Below, piece by piece: positions 9,983 through 19,434 of a stretch of DNA of 64,000 bases. The position numbers were made by a program, and so were the translations under genes. The notes beneath the pieces are model-generated. The model made no database searches and had not been told where the DNA came from. It saw only the letters and a program-made list of their open reading frames with translations. Within the stretch, counting starts at the first letter, position 1; each line of letters opens with the position of its first letter. The stretch is from Polyangiales bacterium. Its GTDB lineage: Bacteria; Myxococcota_A; Polyangia; Polyangiales; Ga0077539. The stretch covers positions 122,284-186,283 of the forward strand of contig JAXLYI010000006.1 in assembly GCA_046351555.1 (NCBI GenBank), given 5' to 3'.

Positions 9983-10836
9983 GCGCCGCGGCCACGCCGA
10001 CGCCGCAGGAGTCGCTCGCGATGATGCTCCGCGCGCTCAAGATGCCCACCATCGGCCGACACGCCGAGGAGGTGGCCCAGAAGGCCGAGCGGGAGGGCTG
10101 GACCTTCGGGCAGTACCTGCGGCACCTGGTGTCGCTGGAGGTCGAGGAGCGCCGCCGCCGCCGCATCGAGCGCCACCAGCGCGAGTCGAACCTGCCGGGC
10201 GAGAAGACGCTGGCGACGCTGAACCGGAAGCGGCTGCCCCCGCCGGTGTCGCGGCAACTCGCGACGCTGTGCGAGGGCGGCTTCGTGGAGCGCGGCGAGA
10301 ACGTGCTGCTGTTCGGGCTGCCCGGCCGGGGCAAGACGCACGTGGCCTGCGCGATCGGGCACGAGCTGGTGCGGCGCGGTCGGCGCGTGCTGTTCACGCC
10401 GACGTACGCGCTGGTGCAGCGGTTGCTGGGTGCGAAGCGCGAGCTCCGGCTGGAGAAGGAGCTCGCGGAGCTGGACGGCTTCGACGCGGTGATCCTGGAT
10501 GACATCGGGTACGTGCAGCAGAGCCGCGACGAGATGGAGGTGCTGTTCACGTTCCTGGCGGAGCGGTACGAGCGCAAGAGCGTGCTGATCACGTCGAACC
10601 TGGTGTTCAGCGAGTGGAACCGGATCTTCAAAGACCCGATGACCACGGCGGCGGCGATCGACCGGCTGATCCACCACGCGGTCATCCTCGAGATGACCGG
10701 GGGAAGCGTCCGCGCGGAGCGGGCCGAGGAGACCATCAAGGAGGCGAGGGCGACGACAACTACGACGGCGACGACAACTACGACGGTGGCAGCGACAACT
10801 ACGGCGACGAGCGAGGATCAACTCGGGGAGATGTAA
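9979..10836 (+). CDS. istB: IS21 helper ATPase IstB
   Basis: LLFGLPGRGKTHVACAIGHELVRRGRRVLF Walker A, DDIGY Walker B; GTG start overlaps the istA stop (GTGA); 3' end reads into the IS terminal repeats. Confidence 0.8.
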   Translation: MSAAATPTPQESLAMMLRALKMPTIGRHAEEVAQKAEREGWTFGQYLRHLVSLEVEERRRRRIERHQRESNLPGEKTLATLNRKRLPPPVSRQLATLCEGGFVERGENVLLFGLPGRGKTHVACAIGHELVRRGRRVLFTPTYALVQRLLGAKRELRLEKELAELDGFDAVILDDIGYVQQSRDEMEVLFTFLAERYERKSVLITSNLVFSEWNRIFKDPMTTAAAIDRLIHHAVILEMTGGSVRAERAEETIKEARATTTTTATTTTTVAATTTATSEDQLGEM

Positions 10837-12106
10837 TTGTCGTCAGCGGGGGAATATAGTTGACGTTGAGCACCCAGAACGGCTCGAATCGTAGGCTTTC
10901 GTGAATGCCTCGCAGCGTGAGAACGCCCCGCAGCCCCTCGACGCTCCAGTGCTCGGCGTTGCGCTTCACCCGCAAGTTCAACACGGTGTTGCACCCGCTC
11001 TCGGTCGGCCCGCTCCCCACCGGCAGGCCCGCCGCCCGGAGCGCCACGTACCGCATCCGGTCCTTGTGGTTCGAGAGGTACACGCGGTGCTCGTGCAGCG
11101 CGTCGTTCCCGTCCGCGTCCAGGCGCGGGCCGGCGGCGGCCAGCTCCCGCTCGATCTCCGCGGCCGCGTCCAGCCGCGTGTCCAGCAGGTCGTTCCACCG
11201 CGCCTGACGCGCGCGCCGCGCCGCGGGGTCCTTCTCCATCAGCGCCAGCACCTTCCCCAGCCGCTCGCTCAGGTGGTAGCGGTCCACCGCCTCCTCGTAC
11301 GACGTCACCGCGGGCACGGTCGCCAGCGCCGCGCGCGCCGTACTCCACAGCTCGTGGGCACCGTCCTGCACCACCGCCACGCGCAGCGTCGGGCGCTCCC
11401 GCAGCGCCGCCGCCACGTCCGCCATCGCGCGCTTCACGATCCCCTCGAAGCCGTCCGCCGCCGTCGCCGCGTACTTCCGCGTCACCAGCGCGCGGCCCTC
11501 GGCGTCCGTGATGCTCACCGTCGCCACCGGCGCCATCCGCCAGTTCACGTCGATCGGGGCGGGCACCGCGCGCACGTAGGGCTCGCTCCGCGTGCGGCGC
11601 GGCGTCGCGGGCGGCTGACCCGGCGCGCGCTCCTCGGCCATCGGCACCGAGCCGCGGTCGAGCCCGATCACCACGCCGTGGGCCCCCTCGGGCAGCCGCT
11701 CCTGGAGCCGCACGGCCCGCTCGACGACGCGGACCTGCGCGTGCGCCTCGGCCGCCATCGCCCGCGCCATGCGCTCCATCGTCGCGCGCGAAGGTGGCGC
11801 GCGGTGGGCGGCGCCGAGGTCCTCGCCGACGCCGCGCAGTTCATGCTTCGCGTAGCCGAGCGCGACGGCCTTGGCGAGCGCCGGGGTGGCGCGCTCGACG
11901 AGGCCCGCCGCCAGGTCGAGCGCGACCACCGTGGGGCCGTTGCGCACGCCCGTCAGGCGCCAGGTGGCGCGCTCGACCTCGAGCGGCCCGCACAGCGAGT
12001 GGTAGCGGATGCGTCCGCGCTCGTGCCGCGCGTAGACCTTGCCGCCGACGGCCACCGCGTCGCCAAAGGCGTCCTCCATCTCCTGGAGCTGGTCCTGGAG
12101 CGTCAT
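10799..12106 (-). CDS. ISKra4-like family DDE transposase, 3' end disrupted by IS21
   Basis: C-terminal signature ...GSGPTESGCNTVLNLRVKRNAEHWSVEGLRGVLTLRGIHESLRFEPFW... is typical of the ISKra4 family. Native sequence ends at ~10848 (…VLNVNYIPP); the remaining codons derive from the IS21 right end. Confidence 0.5.
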   Translation of the reverse strand: MTLQDQLQEMEDAFGDAVAVGGKVYARHERGRIRYHSLCGPLEVERATWRLTGVRNGPTVVALDLAAGLVERATPALAKAVALGYAKHELRGVGEDLGAAHRAPPSRATMERMARAMAAEAHAQVRVVERAVRLQERLPEGAHGVVIGLDRGSVPMAEERAPGQPPATPRRTRSEPYVRAVPAPIDVNWRMAPVATVSITDAEGRALVTRKYAATAADGFEGIVKRAMADVAAALRERPTLRVAVVQDGAHELWSTARAALATVPAVTSYEEAVDRYHLSERLGKVLALMEKDPAARRARQARWNDLLDTRLDAAAEIERELAAAGPRLDADGNDALHEHRVYLSNHKDRMRYVALRAAGLPVGSGPTESGCNTVLNLRVKRNAEHWSVEGLRGVLTLRGIHESLRFEPFWVLNVNYIPPLTTITSPRVDPRSSP

Positions 12107-12300
12107 CCTGTCGCTCAGGCGCGAGATGGACAGGACGAAGGCCTCGACCTCCTCGAAGGCCCCGCCTTCACCGGCCAGTTCGCGCGAAGGCGCGGGAGAT
12201 CTTCGAGATGGCGCAGAGGAGGTGATAGCCTCGGCGTTGGACCAGTTCGTCGCGCTCGTGGGTGTTCACCCGCGCACGGAGCTCCTGACGCGACTCGCCG

Positions 12301-12531
12301 TCAACGTCGGCGTGACTTCGCGCGCGCCGGGCGGGGCGGTTCGGTGGCCGCCCGCTCCGCACACTCCTCGCGAAGCGCGCGTGCGACGACCTGCCTGCGG
12401 ATCGAGTCGACGAAGAGCTCGATCTCCTCGACCGAGGCGCCGGGGCCCGTGAGTTCAACCGCGAGCTCCCTCGTCTGACGAGCGATCTCGACCATGCGAG
12501 GGTCGGAGGCGGGCACGGTGCGGGGGGCCAT
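12301..12531 (-). CDS. small hypothetical ORF (possible degraded N-terminal/HTH part of the ISKra4-like element)
   Basis: MAPRTVPASDPRMVEIARQTRELAVELTGPGASVEEIELFVDSIRRQVV...; low support in a high-GC context. Confidence 0.2.
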   Translation of the reverse strand: MAPRTVPASDPRMVEIARQTRELAVELTGPGASVEEIELFVDSIRRQVVARALREECAERAATEPPRPARAKSRRR

Positions 12532-12580
12532 GGGCGACAAACGTCATATCAAACAAGCGCTCCGTGGGCGATCCCGGCCC

Positions 12581-12602
12581 GTTCGATTCCGTCCCTGGGC
12601 AC
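12581..12602. repeat. attR: displaced copy of the tRNA-Phe 3' end (island right border)
   Basis: Identical 22-mer to 533-554; no upstream tRNA body. Confidence 0.8.
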
Positions 12603-12644
12603 TGCAAGATCAGCGCGTTCCGTGGGGGAACGCGCCCCCCGCCC

Positions 12645-14333
12645 TCACCACGGCGCGGCGCGGTAGTCCTTCAGGTACACGCCGCACACGTTCTCCCCCG
12701 TCGCCGCGCCGACGAACACCGGGTCGCACACGCGCGCCGCGGCGTCGGTCTCGTCGAGCGGCGGGGCGAACCCCAGCGCGTCCATCTTCTCGGCGATGGG
12801 CAGCGGGTTCTGGTTGCTCACCCAGCCGGTGTCCACCGCGCACATCCACAGCCGCTCGCGCGCCCACCGCGCCGACGCCGTCCGCACGAACATGTTGAGC
12901 GACGCCTTCGCCATGTTGGTGTGCGCGTGCAGCCCCGAGCGGTACTCCCGCGCGAACAGCCCCTCCGGCGACGACACCTGCACCACCCAGCGGTCGACGC
13001 TCGCGTCGCGCGACATCAGCCCCTTCAACCGCACCGTCAACAGGTACGGCGCCAGCGTGTTGATCGCGTGCGCCTCAAGCAGCTCGCGCGTCTCGACGTC
13101 CTCCGGCGCGAGGCGCCACGAGTTGGTCGCGCGCAGGTCGAGGGGATGGCCCGTCCCGTCATCGCTCCCCGCGCGCACCAGCGCGGCCTCCTCGGGTGAC
13201 GGGAGCGCGCGCGTCACGGGCGCCGCGTCGTCGCCGAGCACGGCGCGCACGGCCTCCGGGAGCTCGCCGCGCGGGGCCGTCTCCAACGGCGCGAGGTGGG
13301 CGTAGTACGACGGCGGCCGCCACACCGTCTGGGCCGCGTTGTTGATCAGCACGTCGAGCCGCGGGAGCGCCGCCGTCAGCCGCGCGGCGAAGCGCTCGAC
13401 GCCGGCGAGGTCGCGCAGGTCGAGGCCGTGCACCGTGAGCCGGTCGCGCCACGCGTCGAAGTCGGGCTCGGCCGCGAAGCGCCGCGCCGCGTCGCGCGGG
13501 AAGCGCGTCGTCGCCGCCACCATCGCCCCCGCGCGCAGGAGCTTCAGCGCCACCGCGTGCCCGATCCGAACGCGCGCGCCGGTAACCAGCGCCACGCGCC
13601 CCCGAAGGTCGGCCGTCTGCGCGCGCTTCGCCCAGTTGAACGCCGCGCACGCCGGGCACAGCCGGTCGTAGAAGAAATGAACCGACCGGTACGCCGCGTG
13701 GCAGACGTAGCAGGCGCGCGGCTGTTCGAAGGAGCCCACCGTCGCGCCCGCTGCGTCTTCCGCGACCGCCTCACCGCGGCGCCCCGCGCGCAACCCCGTG
13801 GCCTCGGCGCGGGCGTGGTCGCGGGCCACGCGTTCGCGCCTCGCTTGCTCGCGCCTCTCGCGGCGGCGGGCGACGTCGGCGGTCCGCGCGTCGCGGCGCG
13901 CGACCTTCGCGGCGAGCGCGCGGAGCGACGGGTGCGCGGCGGCGTGGTCGGGCGACGCCGCGAGGTGAGTCAGCACGCGCGCGCAGGCGGCGAGCTCGTC
14001 GTCGGTGGGCGGCGGCGGAGGCGGCGCGGGCGCGGGGAGGGGACGGGCCGTGAGGCGCGGGCGAGGCTTCGCGCAGAGCGCCGCGACGAGCGACTCGCGG
14101 TCGTCCACAGGGAGCGCGTCGCCCACCCGAGCGCGAACGACCCCGGGGTGCGCGGCGAGCGCGGCAACGAGCACGGACGCGAGCGGGGGCGGCACCGTGG
14201 CGTCGGTGAGGTCGACGGCCGCGAGCGCGGGGCCCGCGGCGAGCGCGGCGAGGACGTCGGCGAGGCCGGCGGCGTCGAGGGGGCGCGGCGCAAGGCGGAG
14301 CGTGTCGCCGTCGAGTCGGAAGGCGTCGGTCAC
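12645..14333 (-). CDS. SDR-family oxidoreductase fused to an N-terminal Cys-rich (Zn-finger-like) domain
   Basis: VALVTGARVRIGHA Rossmann motif, NNAAQ, SDR-like core; upstream CYVCH...CPAC; GTG start. Confidence 0.65.
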   Translation of the reverse strand: MTDAFRLDGDTLRLAPRPLDAAGLADVLAALAAGPALAAVDLTDATVPPPLASVLVAALAAHPGVVRARVGDALPVDDRESLVAALCAKPRPRLTARPLPAPAPPPPPPTDDELAACARVLTHLAASPDHAAAHPSLRALAAKVARRDARTADVARRRERREQARRERVARDHARAEATGLRAGRRGEAVAEDAAGATVGSFEQPRACYVCHAAYRSVHFFYDRLCPACAAFNWAKRAQTADLRGRVALVTGARVRIGHAVALKLLRAGAMVAATTRFPRDAARRFAAEPDFDAWRDRLTVHGLDLRDLAGVERFAARLTAALPRLDVLINNAAQTVWRPPSYYAHLAPLETAPRGELPEAVRAVLGDDAAPVTRALPSPEEAALVRAGSDDGTGHPLDLRATNSWRLAPEDVETRELLEAHAINTLAPYLLTVRLKGLMSRDASVDRWVVQVSSPEGLFAREYRSGLHAHTNMAKASLNMFVRTASARWARERLWMCAVDTGWVSNQNPLPIAEKMDALGFAPPLDETDAAARVCDPVFVGAATGENVCGVYLKDYRAAPW

Positions 14334-14462
14334 GAGCGTGACCCGGTATCACAGGTGCGCCGGGCGCGGACGGCACAGTGCGCCCGAGGGGTGAATCGTA
14401 CGCGCGAAATCCTCGGGGGATTTCGCCGGCATGGGGATGGCTATAGGGTGCCCCCGGAGTCG

Positions 14463-15743
14463 ATGACCATGACCATGCGGCGCGCGGCGATCGGGTTCTT
14501 CATGCTGGCCGGGGCCCTCGCCCAGGCCGACCGGGCGGAGGCCTGCGGGGGGTGCTTCGCGCCGCCGCAGACGATCCAGGTGGTCACCGACCACCGGATG
14601 GTGCTGTCGCTCTCGCGCGACCGGACGGTGCTGTGGGACCAGTTCCGCTACTCCGGGCGGCCCGAGGATTTCTCGTGGATCCTGCCGATCCGCAACGGGC
14701 CCGGGGTGATCATCGAGGAGGCCGACAACCTCTTCCTCCAGGCCGTGGACGACGTGGCCGCGCCGATCGTCAACCCGGCGCCCTTCCCCTCGTGCAACCT
14801 CTCGGGCTCGCGCGGCGGCCTCTTCGGCAGCGCCGACAGCGCGGGGGCGACGGCGGCGCCCTCGTCCCCCGACGCGGGGGTCTCGGTGATCAGCGAGCAG
14901 GTGGTGGGCCCCTACCAGGTGGCGACGCTCGCCGCGACAGACCCCGCGGCCCTGCGCACCTGGCTGCGGAGCAACGGCTACTCGGTGCCCGCGCCCATCG
15001 AGCCGGTGATCGACCACTACGTCAACCTCAGCATGGACTTCGTCGCCGTGCGCCTGCGGCCCACCGCCGACATCACGCAGATGAAGCCGCTGCGGATCAT
15101 CACGCCCGGCTACAACCCCTCGCTCCCGCTCCGCATGATCGCCGCGGGCGTGGCCGACAAGGTGGGGCTCGTCCTCACGGTCATCTCCGAGGCGCGCGTC
15201 GAGGCGATGAACTTCCCCAACGGCGAGGTGCGCGACGCCGACCTCGTGTGGGACTACGACGCGCCCTCGTCGTCGGCGGAGGACTTCCTCAACCAGTTCA
15301 ACCGCATCAACCGCGCGAACCAGAACCGCGTGTGGCTCACCGAGAGCGCGGGCACGCAGACCCGCTTCGCGCTCGACACCGCCATGCAGCAGCGCTGCGG
15401 CGGGCGCTTCGGGGGCCCGGTGCGGCCCGACTGCCTCGACGCCCGCGTCAACCCGCCCGACACGCAGGTGGCCTTCCAGCCCTTCGGCGACGCGGCCTTC
15501 GTCACCCGCCTGCGCGCCGACCTCAACGCCACCGCGCTCGACCGCGACCTCCAGCTCGCCGCCAGCGACCGCGGCGCCCGCTCGCGCACGTACAACTACG
15601 GCGTGCTGCGCAACGACCCGTGCACCACGCCGCGGACGAAGTTCGAGGGCTGCTCGGCGCGCCCGGGCGCCGCGGGGACGTCGGGCCTCGCCGCGCTCTG
15701 CGTCGCGGCCCTCGCGGCCTGCGTCGCGCGCCGGCGCCGCTAG
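14463..15743 (+). CDS. secreted hypothetical protein (DUF2330-like), signal peptide and C-terminal hydrophobic anchor
   Basis: MTMTMRRAAIGFFMLAGALAQA signal peptide; ACGGCF motif just after the signal; hydrophobic C-terminal tail ending ...RRRR. Confidence 0.55.
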   Translation: MTMTMRRAAIGFFMLAGALAQADRAEACGGCFAPPQTIQVVTDHRMVLSLSRDRTVLWDQFRYSGRPEDFSWILPIRNGPGVIIEEADNLFLQAVDDVAAPIVNPAPFPSCNLSGSRGGLFGSADSAGATAAPSSPDAGVSVISEQVVGPYQVATLAATDPAALRTWLRSNGYSVPAPIEPVIDHYVNLSMDFVAVRLRPTADITQMKPLRIITPGYNPSLPLRMIAAGVADKVGLVLTVISEARVEAMNFPNGEVRDADLVWDYDAPSSSAEDFLNQFNRINRANQNRVWLTESAGTQTRFALDTAMQQRCGGRFGGPVRPDCLDARVNPPDTQVAFQPFGDAAFVTRLRADLNATALDRDLQLAASDRGARSRTYNYGVLRNDPCTTPRTKFEGCSARPGAAGTSGLAALCVAALAACVARRRR

Positions 15744-15793
15744 TTGGGGAAGGAGGCGCGGCGGCGAGGGACGGCCGCCGCGCCGGCGGGGGA

Positions 15794-17143
15794 TCAGAGG
15801 TTGGTCGCGTTGGTGGAGGCGGGCTGCTGCTGCGTCATGCAGTGGATGCCGCCCGAGCCGCGGTTGGCGCCGAGCACGTCGTACATCGGGACGATGTCGC
15901 GGCCGGGGAAGGCGCGGCGCAGGGTGTCGGCGACCTCGCGGTCCTTGCGGGCCGAGAGCGGCGTCGGGATGCCGCGGGCGTAGGCGGGGTAGAGCACCGC
16001 GCCGTTGGTGATCACGAAGTTGAGGTAGCCGGTCGTCGAGACGATGCGGAGCGTCTGGGACGTCGTGACGACCGTGCCGTCCTCCATGGGCGAGAGCCCG
16101 ACGTAGAGCTCGTGCCACGGGTCGCCCGGGTGGAGGTCGTAGTAGTCGGGCTCGGCCATCGGCATGCGGACGACGCGGTAGGGGCGCCCGTCGGCGTCGC
16201 GGGCGCGGCGGAGGATGTCATAGGCCGCCTCCAACCGCTGGCGGTTGATGAGCGCGCGCTGGCGCTCGCCGGCGTTGGTGCGCTCGATGTCCTCGCGGCG
16301 CACCTCGGCGAGCAGGACGGTGTTGTTCGGCGCGAAGCGGACGTAGGCGTCGATGTGCCCGTCGGTGCCGCCGGGGTTGAACACGTTGCCCGGGAGCACG
16401 CCCCGGTGGACGGCCTGGTCCTCCATCGTGCCGTCGGGGAGCCAGATCACCTGACGGACGCCGTAGCAGCGCTTGATCTCGCGCTCCATCTCGTCGAGCG
16501 TCATGTTCGGGTTGCGGCGCCGTTCGACCGTCTCGGTCACGATCGCGGTGCCGTGCCCGTCGACGTCCGTGTTGCCGCCCTCGTGGATCATCGAGCAGCG
16601 GTAGGCGTTGACGCCCACCGTCTCGGCGATGTCGCGGTCGATGCGCTCGTCGTGCTGGGAGTAGTCGGAGGTGTAGCGGTCGTAGCTCCAGGTGTCGTAG
16701 CCCCAGTCGAGCACGCCGACCTCCCCGGCCCGGTTGCGCGTGAAGACGCCGCCGGTGTCGCGCACCCAGAAGTCGTTGTGCGGGATGGCGTGGAAGCGCA
16801 CCCGCGCGAGGTTGACCCCGCCGGCGGCGAGCACGTCGCGCACGTGCGCCTCCTCCTCGGCCGACTGCACCACCAGGTCGACCGGCACGTAACGCGCGAG
16901 CGCGCGCGTCAGCTCGACGTTCGTCGCCTCGGTCGGAAACTGGTCGCCGCCGTAGGGGAACACCCACCACCCGACCCACGTTGAATCCTGCCGCTCCCAT
17001 TCCGCCGGCACGCTGAAGCCGCCACGTGAGAGGCTGTCGGTCGCCTGCGGCGCGATGGCGGCCGGGTCTGCGTCCGTGCCGCAGCCGGTGAGCGCGCCGA
17101 TCGCCAGGGCCACCCCCGCCCACGTCTTCCAACCGTACTTCAT
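15794..17143 (-). CDS. agmatine deiminase / peptidyl-arginine deiminase family lipoprotein
   Basis: C-terminal catalytic GGIHCMTQQ; lipobox LTGCG after MKYGWKTWAGVALAIGA; GGAGAGGAG RBS. Confidence 0.75.
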   Translation of the reverse strand: MKYGWKTWAGVALAIGALTGCGTDADPAAIAPQATDSLSRGGFSVPAEWERQDSTWVGWWVFPYGGDQFPTEATNVELTRALARYVPVDLVVQSAEEEAHVRDVLAAGGVNLARVRFHAIPHNDFWVRDTGGVFTRNRAGEVGVLDWGYDTWSYDRYTSDYSQHDERIDRDIAETVGVNAYRCSMIHEGGNTDVDGHGTAIVTETVERRRNPNMTLDEMEREIKRCYGVRQVIWLPDGTMEDQAVHRGVLPGNVFNPGGTDGHIDAYVRFAPNNTVLLAEVRREDIERTNAGERQRALINRQRLEAAYDILRRARDADGRPYRVVRMPMAEPDYYDLHPGDPWHELYVGLSPMEDGTVVTTSQTLRIVSTTGYLNFVITNGAVLYPAYARGIPTPLSARKDREVADTLRRAFPGRDIVPMYDVLGANRGSGGIHCMTQQQPASTNATNL

Positions 17144-17406
17144 CCGTTGCTCCTCTCCGTTGATTCTTTCCAGTCCACGGCGGGGACAGAATCTCCGATG
17201 CGCCCGCCGGGCGCAACTGCGCACTGCGATTCCACAAGAAGAAGGACTCTTTCGTGGCACAGCGGCCGCTCGCCGGTGACGCAGCGCATCCTGCGCCTGA
17301 CTCGATAGATTCGTCTTTTACATCGCCATTCAAATCGTCTGCGAATAATCGGAGCAAGCCTCACACACGCAACGTCGTCGACGGCGCCGAGCGTCGGCAC
17401 CGGCGC

Positions 17407-18174
17407 TCACGATGCATCGAAGCGGCCGTGGCGCCCTGCCCCGGCGGCGAAGCGCCCGGCGCCTTCGAGGGAGCCGCGGGCGAGCGTGTCGGCGCCGAGT
17501 TCGAACTCGCGGCGGAGGGCTTCATCGAGCGGCAGGTCGAGGGACTCGTAGGCCGAGCGGCGATCATTGCGCATGCACACCTCGGGGAACGCGGCGATCT
17601 CGCGCGCGAGGGACTCGGCCGCGGCGCGCGCCTCGCCGCGCGGCACCACGCGGTTGACGAGGCCCATCGCGAGGGCCTCCTGCGCGCCCACCGGGCGGCC
17701 CGTGAGGATGAGGTCGAGCGCGCGCCCAAGGCCCACCACGCGCGGCAGGCGCACCGTCCCGCCGTCGATGAGCGGCACGCCCCAGCGGCGGCAGAAGACG
17801 CCGAGCACCGCATCTTCTTCGCACACGCGGACGTCGCACCAGAGCGCGAGCTCGAGGCCGCCCGCCACCGCGTGCCCCGCGATCGCCGCGACCACGGGCT
17901 TCGAAAGCGCCATGCGCGACGGCCCCATCGGCCCGTCGCCCTCGGGCGAGAGGCGGTTGGGCGCGCCCTCCGCGATCGCCTTGAGGTCGGCGCCCGCGCA
18001 GAAGGTCCCGTGGTCGCCGAAGAGCACCCCGACGCGCGCGCCCTCGTCCGCTTCGAACGCGCGGAACGCCTCCGCGAGCGCCTCCGCCGTCGCGAGGTCG
18101 ACCGCGTTGCGGCGCGTCGGCCGGTCGATCACCACCGTGGTCACCTCGCCCGATCGTTCGACGCACACCGTCAT
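17407..18174 (-). CDS. enoyl-CoA hydratase/isomerase (crotonase) family protein
   Basis: VLFGDHGTFCAGADLK...AIAGHAVAGGLELALWCD crotonase motifs. Confidence 0.75.
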   Translation of the reverse strand: MTVCVERSGEVTTVVIDRPTRRNAVDLATAEALAEAFRAFEADEGARVGVLFGDHGTFCAGADLKAIAEGAPNRLSPEGDGPMGPSRMALSKPVVAAIAGHAVAGGLELALWCDVRVCEEDAVLGVFCRRWGVPLIDGGTVRLPRVVGLGRALDLILTGRPVGAQEALAMGLVNRVVPRGEARAAAESLAREIAAFPEVCMRNDRRSAYESLDLPLDEALRREFELGADTLARGSLEGAGRFAAGAGRHGRFDAS

Positions 18175-18185
18175 GCGGGCAGACG

Positions 18186-19418
18186 CTACCGGCGCAGCCG
18201 CCGCGCGTCGAGGCTCTCGGCGATGCGCGCGTCGCCCGAGAGCGTGTCGCCGCGCACCGAGCGGCCCGCGAGGTCGGCCGGCACCACCGCCGTGCGCCCG
18301 TAGCGCGCGTGGATCGCGTCGAGGGCGGCGTTGAGCTTCATTCCCCGCTCGCGCGCGCCGGCGAAGAGCCCGAGCTGGGCGTCGGGGGCGACGAGCTCCT
18401 GCGCGCTCACGCCGCAGAGGCGCATCGGGGTGAAGGGGCCCTCGGCGGCGTAGCGGTCGAGCAGGCCGCGGGCCGCGCGGAAGAGGGCCATCCCGTCGTC
18501 GGTGGGCGCGTCGAGCGTCGTGCGGCGCGTGGCGAGTTCGAACGAGCGCGTCTTGAGCTTGAGCACCACGGCGCGGGCGGCGACCCCCGCGCGGCGGAGT
18601 CGTCGGCCCACGCGGAGGCACTGCGAGAGGATCCGTGGGTGAAGGCCCTCGGGCGTGGCGAGGTCGTCGGCGAAGGTGTCCTCCGCGCCCACGCTCTTCG
18701 CGTCGCGGTCGGGCACGACGGCGCGGTCGTCCTCGCCGCGGGCGAGGGCCGCGAGGTGCGCGCCCGCGGCGCCGAGCGCTTCGGTGAGGGCCTCGCGCGG
18801 GTGCGCGGCGAGGTCGCCGACGGTGCGGAAGCCCATGGCCGCGAGGCGCGCCTCCATCTTCGGCCCGACGCCCCAGAGGCGCCACGTCGGCAGCGCCGCG
18901 AGGAAGCGCACGGTCTCCTCCGCCGGCACCGCGCGGAGCCCGTCGGGCTTGGCCAGGTCCGAGGCGATCTTGGCGACGAACTTCACCGCGGCCACGCCCG
19001 CCGAGCACGGCAGCGCGAGCTCGTCGCGGATGCGCGCGCGGAGCGACCGCGCGATGGACTCCCCGTCGCCGAAGAGGGCGCGCGAGCCCGTCACGTCGAG
19101 GAAGGCCTCGTCGAGCGAGAGCGGCTCGACCAGCGGGGTCACCGACTCGAGGATCGCGTGGAGCCTCTCGCTCGCCTCGACGTAGGCGTCGAAGCGCGGG
19201 CGCACCACCACCGCCCCGGGCGCGAGGCGCAGCGCGCGGGCCATCGGCATCGCGCTCCGCACGCCGAAGGGGCGAACCTCGTAGGAGGCCGCGAGCACCA
19301 CGCCGCGCCGCGGGCTCCCGCCGACGATCACCGGGCGGCCGCGGAGCGAGGGGTCGTCGCGCTGCTCCACGGACGCGTAGAAGGCGTCCATGTCGAGGTG
19401 GAGGATCGCGCGCGTCAC
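18186..19418 (-). CDS. dinB: DNA polymerase IV
   Basis: MTRAILHLDMDAFYASVEQRDDPSLRGRPVIVGG, a Y-family polymerase N-terminus. Confidence 0.85.
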   Translation of the reverse strand: MTRAILHLDMDAFYASVEQRDDPSLRGRPVIVGGSPRRGVVLAASYEVRPFGVRSAMPMARALRLAPGAVVVRPRFDAYVEASERLHAILESVTPLVEPLSLDEAFLDVTGSRALFGDGESIARSLRARIRDELALPCSAGVAAVKFVAKIASDLAKPDGLRAVPAEETVRFLAALPTWRLWGVGPKMEARLAAMGFRTVGDLAAHPREALTEALGAAGAHLAALARGEDDRAVVPDRDAKSVGAEDTFADDLATPEGLHPRILSQCLRVGRRLRRAGVAARAVVLKLKTRSFELATRRTTLDAPTDDGMALFRAARGLLDRYAAEGPFTPMRLCGVSAQELVAPDAQLGLFAGARERGMKLNAALDAIHARYGRTAVVPADLAGRSVRGDTLSGDARIAESLDARRLRR

Positions 19419-19434
19419 GGCGCGGGCGAGTGTA

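Larger units (their letters stand above)
8369..10847 (+). mobile_element. IS21-family insertion sequence (~2.48 kb) with multi-repeat termini
   Basis: Left end has gctgagCGACAACTACATCTCCCC (8369-8394) plus a second direct copy at 8398-8417. Right end has the inverted copy ggggagatgtaattgtcgtcagc (10825-10847) plus three internal cgacgacaactacgacgg-like copies (10751-10810). Carries istA-istB with the typical GTGA overlap. Confidence 0.75.

Noticed and set aside
8371-10847. Target-site duplication flanking IS21
   Set aside because: The flanks (aacgtcct | gggggaat) do not match, so no TSD is claimed. Boundaries are given with a few bp uncertainty. The IS may have inserted by a route that lost the TSD, or the ends are slightly different.
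17412-19185. Multiple ORFs overlapping ech/dinB (17361..17813, 17567..18334, 18655..19185 etc.)
   Set aside because: Alternative-frame artefacts. The crotonase and DinB frames have clear family motifs.
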